A stretch of DNA of 32,000 nt, taken from contig OY970322.1 of NCBI GenBank assembly GCA_963716945.1, positions 930,001-962,000 on the forward strand. Reading direction: 5' to 3'. Source of the stretch: Candidatus Saccharimonadota bacterium. GTDB taxonomy: Bacteria; Patescibacteriota; Saccharimonadia; Saccharimonadales; UBA4665. The translations under genes were made by a program, and so were the position numbers. This document shows positions 1 to 8,587 of the stretch, piece by piece (positions within the stretch are counted from its first letter, which is position 1; each line of letters starts with the position of its first letter). Below the pieces are notes generated by a model that did no database searches, was not told the DNA's origin, and saw nothing but the letters and a program-made list of their open reading frames with translations.

Positions 1-2
1 TG

Positions 3-1178
3 GTCATCCGGCAGCAGCATATCTTCAACCCGGCGGCCATAGCCGTCACGCTAACGGCTTTCGGTGCCGGCCAGTCGGCCAGCTGGTGGGTCGGCAATAC
101 CAAGCTGCTGCCGCTGGTCATAATCGGCGGCCTGCTGCTGGTCCGCAAGATCAGGCGCGGCCAAATGGTAGCGGTTTTTCTGGCGACGGCGCTGGCTATG
201 ACCATGCTGCTGACAATTATTAACGGCAACGGCCTAGACGCGACCCTGCGCAACTTCACGCTGCATTCGTCGCTCTTTTTCCTGGCCTTCGTGATGCTGA
301 CCGAACCGCTGACCTCGCCGACGAGGGCCAAGCAGCAGCGCTGGTACGGCGTGCTAGCCGGGGTCTTATTCCCGCCGCAAGTCCATCTGTTCAGCCTTTA
401 TTCGACGCCTGAACTTACGTTGTCCGTCAGTAACGTGTTCTCTTACATAGTCAGCCCCAAGGTCAGGTTGCTGCCTAAGTTGACCCAACGGCTGGCGTGG
501 GGAACGTCGATTAAGGATTTCGTGTTCCTGCCCGAGCGGAAATTTGACTACCTGCCCGGCCAATACATGGAATGGACGCTGCCGCATAAACGGGTCGATA
601 GCCGCGGCAGTCGGCGTTATTTCACGCTGGCGTCTTCGCCGACCGAAGACACGCTGCGGATTGGCGTCAGGTTTTATGATAAGGGCAGCAGTTATAAGCG
701 GGCCATGCTGTCGATGGACCGCGGCACGCCTATTGCCGCCGGGCAGGTCGGCGGCGATTTCACGCTGCCGGATGACCGCGGCCGCAAGCTGGTTTTCATC
801 GCCGGCGGCATCGGCATTACGCCTTTCCGCAGCATGCTTAAGTACCTGGTCGATACTTCTGACAAACGGGACATCACACTGATCTACTCGGAGCGCGACC
901 CGGCCGACCTGGCCTATCATGACGTTCTAAAAGCCGCCCAGCAGCAAGGCGTAAAAGTCGTCTACACCCTAACCGACAAAAACGCCCAGCCACTGGCCAA
1001 TATGCGCCTGGGCAAAATCACGCCGCAGATGATTGCCGAAGAAGTCCCCGATTATGAAGACCGCTTATTCTACATATCAGGCTCGCACAGCATGGTGAAA
1101 GCCATCGAAGCCGAGCTGCACTCGCTGAGCGTGGCCGAGCACAATATCAAGACCGACTTCTTCCCAGGCTACGCTTAA
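3..1178 (+). CDS. 5'-partial membrane flavoprotein: NqrB/RnfD-like polytopic membrane domain fused to FNR-type FAD/NAD(P)-binding oxidoreductase domain
   Basis: The reading frame of the 165..1178 ORF is open back to the window edge (..VIRQQHIFNPAAIAVTLTAF..), so M165 is internal. The N-part is hydrophobic and carries MLTEPLTSP, resembling the TDPxTSP signature of the NqrB/RnfD family. The C-part has RRYFTLAS (RxYS FAD motif) and GGIGITPFRSM (GGxGxxP NAD(P) motif). Confidence 0.7.
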   Translation, partial: VIRQQHIFNPAAIAVTLTAFGAGQSASWWVGNTKLLPLVIIGGLLLVRKIRRGQMVAVFLATALAMTMLLTIINGNGLDATLRNFTLHSSLFFLAFVMLTEPLTSPTRAKQQRWYGVLAGVLFPPQVHLFSLYSTPELTLSVSNVFSYIVSPKVRLLPKLTQRLAWGTSIKDFVFLPERKFDYLPGQYMEWTLPHKRVDSRGSRRYFTLASSPTEDTLRIGVRFYDKGSSYKRAMLSMDRGTPIAAGQVGGDFTLPDDRGRKLVFIAGGIGITPFRSMLKYLVDTSDKRDITLIYSERDPADLAYHDVLKAAQQQGVKVVYTLTDKNAQPLANMRLGKITPQMIAEEVPDYEDRLFYISGSHSMVKAIEAELHSLSVAEHNIKTDFFPGYA

Positions 1179-1187
1179 GGATAAACT

Positions 1188-2183
1188 CTAGCGCCAGCCC
1201 GGCAGTATCAAGCCGCTCGGTAAACGCCGGCCGCCGTTATAGACATACGGCTCGCCCTCGCCATGTTCTCGGCTTCGCCGGTTGAGCGCCCTTCTCATGC
1301 CCCTCGGCACCCGGTGGGCGCCTTGCCAGCGCCTGATGTTATACGGGTTCCGCCGGTAGGCCTCGATGAAGGGCTCTTCGGCATCCAAACCCATAATCAG
1401 CCCTACTACCCTGACCTTTTTACCCGCCATCATCTCGGCCGTGCCTTTTTTGATTTCCGGTATCTCGCACTCGGTCTTGTCGTCATTCCATTTATGGGTA
1501 GCGCCGGATGGGGCGACACCTATGACCACATTGCCTTGCGCCAGCCATTCGGCGATTTCTTGCTTGATCTTGCCGTTATGCCGGCCCACATGGCCGTCGG
1601 GCAAGACTTCGGCTGCGGCAGAATTGCGGAAACTTTCGCTCTGCGGATAGCTGAAATAGATGCGGTCGCAAAGCCATTGCAGCACCTGCACGCAAGGCAT
1701 AAACTCATGGCCGACGCGGTATTTCAAGACCGATACCATTTTATTAATGATGATGCCCGTTTCGAAATCATTGCGTTCGTGCTTTTCCCGGCGTAACGGA
1801 TTAGTTACGGCACCCAGACCCAGGGCCGGATCAATCAAATTATCATGGGTGGTTGCCACGTAATAGCTTTTGCCGCCTTCAAGATCTTTCCTGACGAAGC
1901 GGCGGCGCCTATCGGTCATCACGGCGTCTGATTGCTCGACAAAGCTCGACACGGCCGTGCCCCCAAGACCCTCCATGACGGTATTGCCTATCAAGTCCAG
2001 AACTTCTATATCGGCCACCTGGCCCATAACGACATGTGCGTCGTGGCGCTGAGACTCGTTATCGGGGTCGTAGTCAAGGACGTCCAGCATGCCGTTGGCT
2101 TTGGCGATATGGGGCTGGGCCAGCTCCACCAGTTCGGCATGCAAAGCCTTGTCCACTTCTTGGGACGGTGTCAGGATTTCCAT
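1188..2183 (-). CDS. putative acyltransferase (PlsC/LPLAT-like HX4D motif) with Arg-rich C-terminal tail; start trimmed to ATG 2183 (MEILTPSQ..)
   Basis: Long ORF. YVATTHDNLIDP matches the HX4D block of glycerolipid acyltransferases, and IGVAPSGATH loosely resembles the FPEGTR block. The promoter at 2194-2222 places the transcription start downstream of the two upstream in-frame starts. The functional call is weak. Confidence 0.5.
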   Translation of the reverse strand: MEILTPSQEVDKALHAELVELAQPHIAKANGMLDVLDYDPDNESQRHDAHVVMGQVADIEVLDLIGNTVMEGLGGTAVSSFVEQSDAVMTDRRRRFVRKDLEGGKSYYVATTHDNLIDPALGLGAVTNPLRREKHERNDFETGIIINKMVSVLKYRVGHEFMPCVQVLQWLCDRIYFSYPQSESFRNSAAAEVLPDGHVGRHNGKIKQEIAEWLAQGNVVIGVAPSGATHKWNDDKTECEIPEIKKGTAEMMAGKKVRVVGLIMGLDAEEPFIEAYRRNPYNIRRWQGAHRVPRGMRRALNRRSREHGEGEPYVYNGGRRLPSGLILPGWR

Positions 2184-2193
2184 AATTCCGGAC

Positions 2194-2222
2194 ATTATAT
2201 AATAAATATTTCTTAAATTCAA
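2194..2222 (-). promoter_or_regulatory. sigma70-like promoter TTGAAT-17nt-TATAAT for the 1188..2183 gene (near-leaderless)
   Basis: On the minus strand, TTGAAT lies at 2222-2217 and TATAAT at 2199-2194 with a 17-nt spacer. ATG 2183 is 10 nt downstream of the -10 box. Confidence 0.5.
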
Positions 2223-2255
2223 TGTACTTTAGCGGCTTCGGCTGGATGCGGGCAT

Positions 2256-2285
2256 TTGACTTGCCTATCTGTTGACCAATATACT
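2256..2285 (+). promoter_or_regulatory. sigma70-like promoter TTGACT-18nt-TATACT for the pfkB-ahcY operon (leaderless)
   Basis: TTGACT at 2256-2261 and TATACT at 2280-2285. ATG 2294 lies 8 nt after the -10 box and there is no Shine-Dalgarno sequence. Confidence 0.45.
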
Positions 2286-2293
2286 AAACGGAC

Positions 2294-3241
2294 ATGGGTA
2301 AGCCTCAAATAGTTGTTTGCGGGTCGATCGCGGTCGACCGGATTATGAATTTTTCGGGGCTTTACCGGGATCTTATCAAGGCCGACAAACTGCATGTGCT
2401 GTCATTGAGCGTTTTGCTTGACAAGCTTGAGGATACCCGCGGCGGCATCGGCGCCAATATCACCGCCAACTTGGCCCGGCTGGGCGAACAGCCGGTTTTG
2501 TTGGGTTCGGTCGGTAATGACGCCAAGCCGTATATAGAGGACCTGGCCGCGTTAGGTGTCGACACGTCGCACGTTCATTTCAGCCGGTTGCCGACGGCGT
2601 CTTTCAACGTTATTACCGACGGCGAAGACAGCCAGGTCGGCGGTTTTTACCAGGGTGCCATGAGCGACGCCGGCGAACTGAGCTTCAAACCCTGGCAAGG
2701 CCGGGAGACGGTGGCCGTAATCGCCGCCCATAATCCCCAAGCCATGAACCGCCAGGTCCAAGAGTGCCGCGACTACGGGCTCAAACTCGTCTACGACCCC
2801 GGCCAGCAAGTGGCCGATCCGGCAACCGACCTGAAAGCCGGCGTGGCGGCCGCCGAGATACTGATCGTCAACGACTACGAGCTGGGGCTGCTGTGCCAAA
2901 AACTGCAGACGACGCCCGAAGCGCTAAAAGGACAGGTACCGATCCTGATTACCACCCTCGGCAAAGACGGCTCGGTCATCGAAGGCCGCAGCGTGGCTTC
3001 GCCATTGCGCATCGGCACGGCCAAGCCGGCTTCCGTGGCCGACCCGACCGGCGCCGGCGACGCTTACCGGGCTGGTTTTTTGTACGGATACTTGCGACAA
3101 TGGGACTTGCGCGTCTGCGGGCAACTGGGCGCCGTGGTCGCTTCATTCATAGTCGAGCAACATGGTACCCAGCAGGAATTTTCGAAGATGGAAATCATGT
3201 CCAGGTACCGGGATAATTTTAATGAGGAGATCGAGTTATAG
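2294..3241 (+). CDS. PfkB-family carbohydrate/nucleoside kinase (adenosine-kinase-like by context)
   Basis: 315 aa. Contains [15 protein letters not shown] and the PfkB signature-2-like [16 protein letters not shown]. Its stop codon is 2 nt before the ahcY start. Confidence 0.8.
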   Translation: MGKPQIVVCGSIAVDRIMNFSGLYRDLIKADKLHVLSLSVLLDKLEDTRGGIGANITANLARLGEQPVLLGSVGNDAKPYIEDLAALGVDTSHVHFSRLPTASFNVITDGEDSQVGGFYQGAMSDAGELSFKPWQGRETVAVIAAHNPQAMNRQVQECRDYGLKLVYDPGQQVADPATDLKAGVAAAEILIVNDYELGLLCQKLQTTPEALKGQVPILITTLGKDGSVIEGRSVASPLRIGTAKPASVADPTGAGDAYRAGFLYGYLRQWDLRVCGQLGAVVASFIVEQHGTQQEFSKMEIMSRYRDNFNEEIEL

Positions 3242-3243
3242 CC

Positions 3244-4539
3244 ATGGCTGAACCGGATTATAAAATCAAAGATATCAAGCTGGCCGAGTGGGGCCGGACC
3301 GAAATAACGCTGGCCGAGAAGGAGATGCCCGGCCTGATGGCACTGCGCCGCGAGTTTGCCGAAGCCCAACCGCTCAAAGGCGCCCGCATCGCCGGCTCGA
3401 TCCACATGACCGTCCAGACGGCCGTGCTGGTCGAGACCTTGCAAGCCCTGGGCGCCGAGGTCCGCTGGTCGTCATGCAATATCTTTTCGACCCAGGACCA
3501 GGCGGCAGCCGCCATTGCCGCGGCCGGCACGCCGGTCTTCGCCTGGAAGGGTGAAACCGAAGACGAGTACTGGTGGTGCGTCGAGCAAACCCTCAAGTTC
3601 GCTGACGGCCAAGGCCCGAACATGCTGCTGGACGACGGCGGCGACCTGACTACCCTGGTCCATGACAAGCACCCCGAACTCCTTGATAATATCAAAGGCG
3701 TTTCTGAAGAAACCACCACCGGCGTCAAGCAGCTCGACAAATACCTGGCCGACGGTACGCTCAAGATCCCGGCCATCAACGTCAACGATAGCGTCACCAA
3801 ATCCAAATTCGACAATCTCTACGGCTGCCGCGAATCGCTGATGGACGGCATTAAGCGCGCGACCGACGTCATGATTGCCGGCAAGGTCGCTCTCGTAGCC
3901 GGCTACGGCGATGTCGGCAAAGGCAGCGCCCAGTCGCTCCGGGCGTTCGGCGCGCGCGTACTAATCACCGAAGTCGACCCGATCTGCGCCCTGCAAGCCC
4001 TGATGGAGGGCTATGAAGTCGTAACCATGGAAGAAGCCGCGCCGCAGGCCGATATATTCGTCACCGCGACCGGCTGCAAGGATATCATCACGCTTGAGCA
4101 CATGCAGCAAATGAAGGACACGGCCATCGTCTGCAATATCGGCCACTTCGACCACGAGATCCAGATCCAGCAGCTCAACGACCTGCCGGGCATCAAGCGC
4201 GAGACCATCAAACCGCTGGTCGACCTCTACACCCTGCCCAACAAGCGGCGGCTGATTATTTTGTCCGAAGGCCGCCTGGTCAACCTCGGCAATGCCACCG
4301 GCCACCCGTCATTCGTGATGTCCAACTCCTTCTCCAACCAGGTCCTGGCTCAAATCGAGCTTTACACCAAACCGCACGAAGTCGGCGTTTACCGCTTGCC
4401 CAAGGAGCTCGACGAAAAGGTCGCCGCCATCCACGTCGAGGCGCTCGGCGGCCAAATGACCAAGCTCAGCAATGACCAAGCCGAGTACCTCGGCCTTCAA
4501 GTCAACGGCCCTTTCAAAGCCGAACACTACCGTTACTAG
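3244..4539 (+). CDS. ahcY: adenosylhomocysteinase (S-adenosyl-L-homocysteine hydrolase)
   Basis: 431 aa. N-terminus [25 protein letters not shown]-binding [14 protein letters not shown], and C-terminal [11 protein letters not shown] are typical of the family. Confidence 0.95.
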   Translation: MAEPDYKIKDIKLAEWGRTEITLAEKEMPGLMALRREFAEAQPLKGARIAGSIHMTVQTAVLVETLQALGAEVRWSSCNIFSTQDQAAAAIAAAGTPVFAWKGETEDEYWWCVEQTLKFADGQGPNMLLDDGGDLTTLVHDKHPELLDNIKGVSEETTTGVKQLDKYLADGTLKIPAINVNDSVTKSKFDNLYGCRESLMDGIKRATDVMIAGKVALVAGYGDVGKGSAQSLRAFGARVLITEVDPICALQALMEGYEVVTMEEAAPQADIFVTATGCKDIITLEHMQQMKDTAIVCNIGHFDHEIQIQQLNDLPGIKRETIKPLVDLYTLPNKRRLIILSEGRLVNLGNATGHPSFVMSNSFSNQVLAQIELYTKPHEVGVYRLPKELDEKVAAIHVEALGGQMTKLSNDQAEYLGLQVNGPFKAEHYRY

Positions 4540-5117
4540 GCAAGCACGCCGGCTTGGCCGGCCGCAACGAATCCCGCGTAGGCGATTTCGGATTCCGGCA
4601 CGCCGGCTCGCATATCGATAGCTATAAAGGCGCTGCTGCGCTTAAGTTCGGCCGAACCCGTCGGATCGTACGGATATTCCTCAGCCCGGCACTCGCCTAT
4701 CCATTCAATGACTTCGCCTATGCCTGAGGCCGGGAACGCCTCGATAGTATTACCGACGTGGTCTCTCTTGGCGAACTTCATCGGCCGGCCGCCGAATTCG
4801 GCGCCGACAAGGTGGGCGGTCCTTTCGTTGGAGGCGTAGGTTTGAATTTGCTGTATTTCGCTGCCTTCGGCCTCACGCCTTAAGGCTCCCATAAGGGCGG
4901 AAGCGATCTTCCTGCCCCTGAATTCGGGGTCGACCCTGAGGGCCCATATTTGGGCGATGCGCAAATCGGTCGGGTGCAGAACCAAGGCAACGCTGCCAAT
5001 ATTTTCAGGTACCTTGAAGGTCATTAGGCCGCGGGCTTTTTTAATCTCGACGGGCAGCAAAGCGCCGAGGTCGCCGCCGTCGATACGCAAGCCCGGCTTG
5101 GCATCGGCTACATACAT
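4536..5117 (-). CDS. GNAT-family N-acetyltransferase (putative)
   Basis: 193 aa. [20 protein letters not shown] matches GNAT motif A (R/Q-x-x-G-x-G/A). No other recognisable domain. Confidence 0.5.
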   Translation of the reverse strand: MYVADAKPGLRIDGGDLGALLPVEIKKARGLMTFKVPENIGSVALVLHPTDLRIAQIWALRVDPEFRGRKIASALMGALRREAEGSEIQQIQTYASNERTAHLVGAEFGGRPMKFAKRDHVGNTIEAFPASGIGEVIEWIGECRAEEYPYDPTGSAELKRSSAFIAIDMRAGVPESEIAYAGFVAAGQAGVLA

Positions 5118-5123
5118 ATAATT

Positions 5124-5152
5124 ATTATATCATACTTCTTATTACATGTCGA
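5124..5152 (-). promoter_or_regulatory. promoter TCGACA-17nt-TATAAT, leaderless start of the 4536..5117 gene
   Basis: On the minus strand, TCGACA lies at 5152-5147 and TATAAT at 5129-5124. ATG 5117 is 6 nt after the -10 box. Confidence 0.5.
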
Positions 5153-5266
5153 CTACACGGCCGGCGCTGGTTGGCGTTGCCTGGATTAGGTTAAACACCT
5201 CCGGCAGTCTATAATAACTATATACCGACTTTGAACGTGAGCGGAACTAACCAAGAAAGCCTGGCT

Positions 5267-5329
5267 ATGTCAAAAGACAAAGGTCGCAAAGAGATCAAGA
5301 AACCTAAGCAAGCTAAAGCCCGGGCTTAG
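5267..5329 (+). CDS. possible 20-aa Lys-rich micro-ORF (MSKDKGRKEIKKPKQAKARA)
   Basis: ATG..TAG ORF ending 2 nt before the ATG of the 5332 gene. No homology or ribosome-binding evidence, so this is speculative. Confidence 0.15.
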   Translation: MSKDKGRKEIKKPKQAKARA

Positions 5330-5331
5330 CC

Positions 5332-5586
5332 ATGTCCAGCTTCAAGAAACGGATTAACTTCTTCGACTCCGAAGAGGGCAGCGAGGTTAAGCGTGAGCTC
5401 CGCCAGATGGCGAATGACAGTGCCTACACGACCGAATCCAGTTACAACGCCAATGAGGTGCTATATCCCGGCAACCATATGACCTTCGTCGAAAAGCACA
5501 TGCACTACCTGAACACTCACCGCAACGTCAATCCGCAGCAATACCTGTCCAACCTGCGCTTAATGACGAAAGTTAGGCAGCGCTAG
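5332..5586 (+). CDS. hypothetical 84-aa protein
   Basis: ORF in an otherwise non-coding gap. No motif recognised. Its 3' end overlaps the convergent riboflavin kinase gene by 14 nt. Confidence 0.4.
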   Translation: MSSFKKRINFFDSEEGSEVKRELRQMANDSAYTTESSYNANEVLYPGNHMTFVEKHMHYLNTHRNVNPQQYLSNLRLMTKVRQR

Positions 5587-5959
5587 CCAGCCACTGGCGG
5601 GCAGCGGCTTCATCGGCCTTCATCGCTTGCAGTAAGGCGTCAGGACTATCGAACGTCCGGTTCGGGCGGTGGTAGTGGCGCAGGTCGAGTCTGAGCGTGC
5701 GGCCGTAGTAGTCCCGGTCGGGAATATCCAACAGGTGGGCTTCCACGCGGCGCCGGCTGTCACCCATAGTCGTCGGCGTCCCGATAAAGATCATCGCCGG
5801 CTGCCGCGGCCACTCCGCCAAATCGGCGAAACCGAAATAGACGCCGTCGGCCAAAGCGGTTTCGGCCGCCAAGTTGGCCGTCGGATAACCGAGCTTGCGG
5901 CCGTCGCCCTTGAAACGGGTAACTTCGCCGGCCAGTGAAACCGGCTTCATGTCTTCCAT
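5573..5959 (-). CDS. monofunctional riboflavin kinase (RibF C-terminal-domain type)
   Basis: 128 aa. Contains GDGRKLGYPTANL, DGVYFG, and RRRVEAHLLDIPDRDYYGRTLRLDLRHYHRPNRTFDSPDALLQAM, typical of the bacterial riboflavin kinase domain. No FAD-synthetase N-domain is present. Confidence 0.8.
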   Translation of the reverse strand: MEDMKPVSLAGEVTRFKGDGRKLGYPTANLAAETALADGVYFGFADLAEWPRQPAMIFIGTPTTMGDSRRRVEAHLLDIPDRDYYGRTLRLDLRHYHRPNRTFDSPDALLQAMKADEAAARQWLASAA

Positions 5960-5966
5960 CTCATTT

Positions 5967-5972
5967 ATTATA
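5967..5972 (-). promoter_or_regulatory. -10 box TATAAT 7 nt upstream of the riboflavin kinase ATG (leaderless); -35 is weak
   Basis: Minus-strand sequence reads gggTATAATaaatgagATG. Confidence 0.35.
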
Positions 5973-6019
5973 CCCGCCGGCTACTAATTAAGCGGCGGCT
6001 GGGTTAATATAGGTGGACT

Positions 6020-6508
6020 GTGGAGAACATTTTGTCGAGCGACATCCTGGAGAGCCAATTCGGACCGACCGAGGTCAGCGTACTGTACCAGGATGAGAAA
6101 ACGAGGGTGATCTGCACCAGGGCCAAGTCCGACGGCCAAGTGCTGGAACTGTCGCGCGTCCTGTTCGATCCGGCCGGCATCGGGCGGTTCCCCCGGACGC
6201 ACGCTGCCGTTTTGGCGGGCCAATCAATGGGCAAAGCCTTTAGGTCGGACGGAATCGAATTCCGGCGCGAGACAGAAACCGCTTACCGCCGGACCCTGCC
6301 CGCTAACTTCCACGCCTGGTTCGGCAGCCGCCGGCCGGCTACTGTCGTGGCCGTCTCGATAATGGCCGGGCCTGACCGGCAGCCCTACGCCGAGATTCTG
6401 GAAGTTTATAGCCCGGCCGTAGCTTGGCCGCAAGCCGGCGGCCAGCCCCGCGGCGACCACCCGGCCGTCATCAAAGCGCTTGGCGAACTACTGGCCGGCA
6501 ATACTTAA
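6020..6508 (+). CDS. hypothetical protein (162 aa; start could be GTG 6020 or TTG 6032)
   Basis: Long ORF with coding-like composition. A GGAG sits 6 nt before TTG 6032. No confident motif, and a chorismate-lyase/UTRA-like fold is only a guess. Confidence 0.5.
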   Translation: MENILSSDILESQFGPTEVSVLYQDEKTRVICTRAKSDGQVLELSRVLFDPAGIGRFPRTHAAVLAGQSMGKAFRSDGIEFRRETETAYRRTLPANFHAWFGSRRPATVVAVSIMAGPDRQPYAEILEVYSPAVAWPQAGGQPRGDHPAVIKALGELLAGNT

Positions 6509-7155
6509 TTGAGGCCGTCCGGCTGGCCCGGCAGCAGACGGTTAGGCAGCAGCATGTAGATGCGGGTATCAGGCACCCTTTCGCCGCCCGGGCTGTGGCG
6601 CTCGCCCGGCTCCTCGTCAACCGTTTCAAAACCCAGCTTATGATAGATGTGAACGGCCGCGCCGTTCGACCCCCAGGTTTCGAGCCAGAAATCAGCCGCG
6701 CCGTAGAGCGCGGCCGTGGCAGCGATAATCAACCGAGAAAACGGCGCCGCCAAGCCCTGTCCCTGGCCGATTTCGCCGATGCGCAGCGCGAAAGTCGTTT
6801 TGCCGCCGGGTGCGTGGTCATTAGAGCCGGTACCGGCCCAGCCATAACCGGCCAGGGCCAAGCTGCCATCGTCCATCCGCTTAAGCAACAGGAACGTGCT
6901 GCGTTTCTTGGATAACCAACGTTCGGCTGCAGCCCGATCGGTGAACCGCTCGCTCAGGTCTTTGGGACAGTATTCACGAATGCCGGCCTCCTCGGCCATG
7001 ACCGCGATCGCTTCGGCGAAAGCCGGCGTCAGGCCGACGTGCACTTCATAGCCGCGCTCCTCCATTTGCCGGGCCGCGGCGGCGTCGGCCTCGTCCAGCA
7101 AGTCCTGGTTTAGCTTCTGCGTCTCATCGGCGAAGCTGTCGGGGAAATCCATCAT
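6505..7155 (-). CDS. GNAT-family N-acetyltransferase, translationally coupled to glmM
   Basis: 216 aa. LRIGEIGQGQGLAAPF (motif A) and NGAAVHIYHKLGFE (motif B). Its ATG overlaps the glmM stop codon (ATGA). Confidence 0.75.
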   Translation of the reverse strand: MMDFPDSFADETQKLNQDLLDEADAAAARQMEERGYEVHVGLTPAFAEAIAVMAEEAGIREYCPKDLSERFTDRAAAERWLSKKRSTFLLLKRMDDGSLALAGYGWAGTGSNDHAPGGKTTFALRIGEIGQGQGLAAPFSRLIIAATAALYGAADFWLETWGSNGAAVHIYHKLGFETVDEEPGERHSPGGERVPDTRIYMLLPNRLLPGQPDGLN

Positions 7156-8477
7156 TTTTCACTCCTTGCATTGGTGCTGGTTAAGTTTTGTAGTCCGGCG
7201 GCTATTTGCCCGGCCAAGCCCTGGGCGTCCGGCGCCTCGACCATTACCCTGGCCAGCGGCTCGGTCCCGGAAGGCCGAATCAGCAGCCGACCCTTGCCTT
7301 CCAGCTTGCCGGTTTCGGCGGCTACGAACGCCTTGACGTCCGGATCATCCAGCCGGCGGCGGTCATGAAGCGGAATATTTACCAAAGCCTGGGGCAGAAT
7401 TTTAACCCGGTCCCGCCATTGGGCCAAAGTCTGACCGGACAAGCTAAGCGCCTTGACGGACTGAACCGCTGCCAGCAGGCCGTCGCCGGTTGCCAGCAGC
7501 CGCGGAAATATGATATGCCCCGACTGTTCGCCGCCTAGCTGAAAGCCGGTGGCCTTCAACCCTTCCAGAACATAACGGTCGCCGACCGCTACCCGTTCCA
7601 GCTTGATGCCTTGCGCCTCAAGCGCTTTTTCAAAACCCAGGTTGGACATAACCGTGGCTACCACGCCGTCGAATTTTCCGCTGACAGCCAGCAAGTACAT
7701 CAGATGGTCGCCATTCACTTCCCGCCCCCGTTCATCAATCATAGCCAAACGGTCGGCGTCACCGTCTAACGCAATCCCCAAGTCGAGCTTGCCCTTAATG
7801 ACCGCTTGGCTCAACGCGCCGGTAGCGGTAGCGCCGCAACCGTCGTTGATGTTCTTGCCGTCAGGCGCATCGAACAGGGGCGTGACGTTAGCGCCCAGGC
7901 GGCCGAAAATACGTTCGGCGATGCCGCTGGCCGAGCCGTTGGCGCTGTCTACCGCCAAACGCATGCCGCGCAGCTCCAAGCCGCCGGCCGACTCCACCAA
8001 GAAATCCTCGTAACGCCCGACCAGCCCGTCATCCTGCCGCAGACTACCCCGACTGCGATCGGCTTCGACGCCGCTTTCGATCAGGGCGTTGAGCCGGGCT
8101 TCGGTAGCATCCGGCAGCTTGTCGCCGCGGCGGTCAAAGACTTTGACACCGTTATATTGATAAGGGTTGTGGCTGGCCGTTACCATCACCCCGGCCACGA
8201 AGTCGTCGATTTCGCGCGTCAGGTAAGCCAGGCCGGGTGTCGTTATTACGCCGGCCGCCGTGACGTTGACGCCGACGTCGTTCAGGCCGGCCGCCAAAGC
8301 CGCTACCAAACGTTCCGAGGATTGCCGCGTATCGCAACCGATAATGACTTTTTGGCCGGGCTCGGCGAAATGGCGGCCGACCGCCCGCCCGATTTGGGTG
8401 GCCCCTTTTTCATCCAGCGGGTATCTACCGGCCAAGCCCCGTATGCCATCGGTACCGAATAGAGCTCTGTTTGTCAT
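7152..8477 (-). CDS. glmM: phosphoglucosamine mutase
   Basis: 441 aa. LFGTDGIRG N-terminus, TASHNPYQYNGVK phosphoserine loop, DGDADR metal loop and GGEQSGH sugar loop. Confidence 0.9.
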   Translation of the reverse strand: MTNRALFGTDGIRGLAGRYPLDEKGATQIGRAVGRHFAEPGQKVIIGCDTRQSSERLVAALAAGLNDVGVNVTAAGVITTPGLAYLTREIDDFVAGVMVTASHNPYQYNGVKVFDRRGDKLPDATEARLNALIESGVEADRSRGSLRQDDGLVGRYEDFLVESAGGLELRGMRLAVDSANGSASGIAERIFGRLGANVTPLFDAPDGKNINDGCGATATGALSQAVIKGKLDLGIALDGDADRLAMIDERGREVNGDHLMYLLAVSGKFDGVVATVMSNLGFEKALEAQGIKLERVAVGDRYVLEGLKATGFQLGGEQSGHIIFPRLLATGDGLLAAVQSVKALSLSGQTLAQWRDRVKILPQALVNIPLHDRRRLDDPDVKAFVAAETGKLEGKGRLLIRPSGTEPLARVMVEAPDAQGLAGQIAAGLQNLTSTNARSEK

Positions 8478-8483
8478 CTGTTT

Positions 8484-8489
8484 ATTATA
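8484..8489 (-). promoter_or_regulatory. -10 box TATAAT 6 nt upstream of the glmM ATG (leaderless); no convincing -35
   Basis: Minus-strand sequence reads gccgTATAATaaacagATG. Confidence 0.35.
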
Positions 8490-8551
8490 TACGGCGGCGG
8501 CCGGCTAAGCCACAGCGGAGTCGGGCCCGGCCAGATAGTAGGTAAGATTTT

Positions 8552-8580
8552 TTGTATTAAATCATATTTGATGTTAAAAT
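8552..8580 (+). promoter_or_regulatory. promoter TTGTAT-17nt-TAAAAT, leaderless start of Pta-like paralogue 1
   Basis: TTGTAT at 8552-8557 and TAAAAT at 8575-8580. ATG 8588 is 7 nt after the -10 box. Confidence 0.45.
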
Positions 8581-8587
8581 AGTTGTT

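Noticed and set aside
2184-2222. TTG 2222 or ATG 2195 as the start of the 1188 gene
   Set aside because: The TTGAAT-17-TATAAT promoter occupies exactly these bases (TTG 2222 is the -35 box, and ATG 2195 overlaps the -10 box), so transcription should begin downstream of them.
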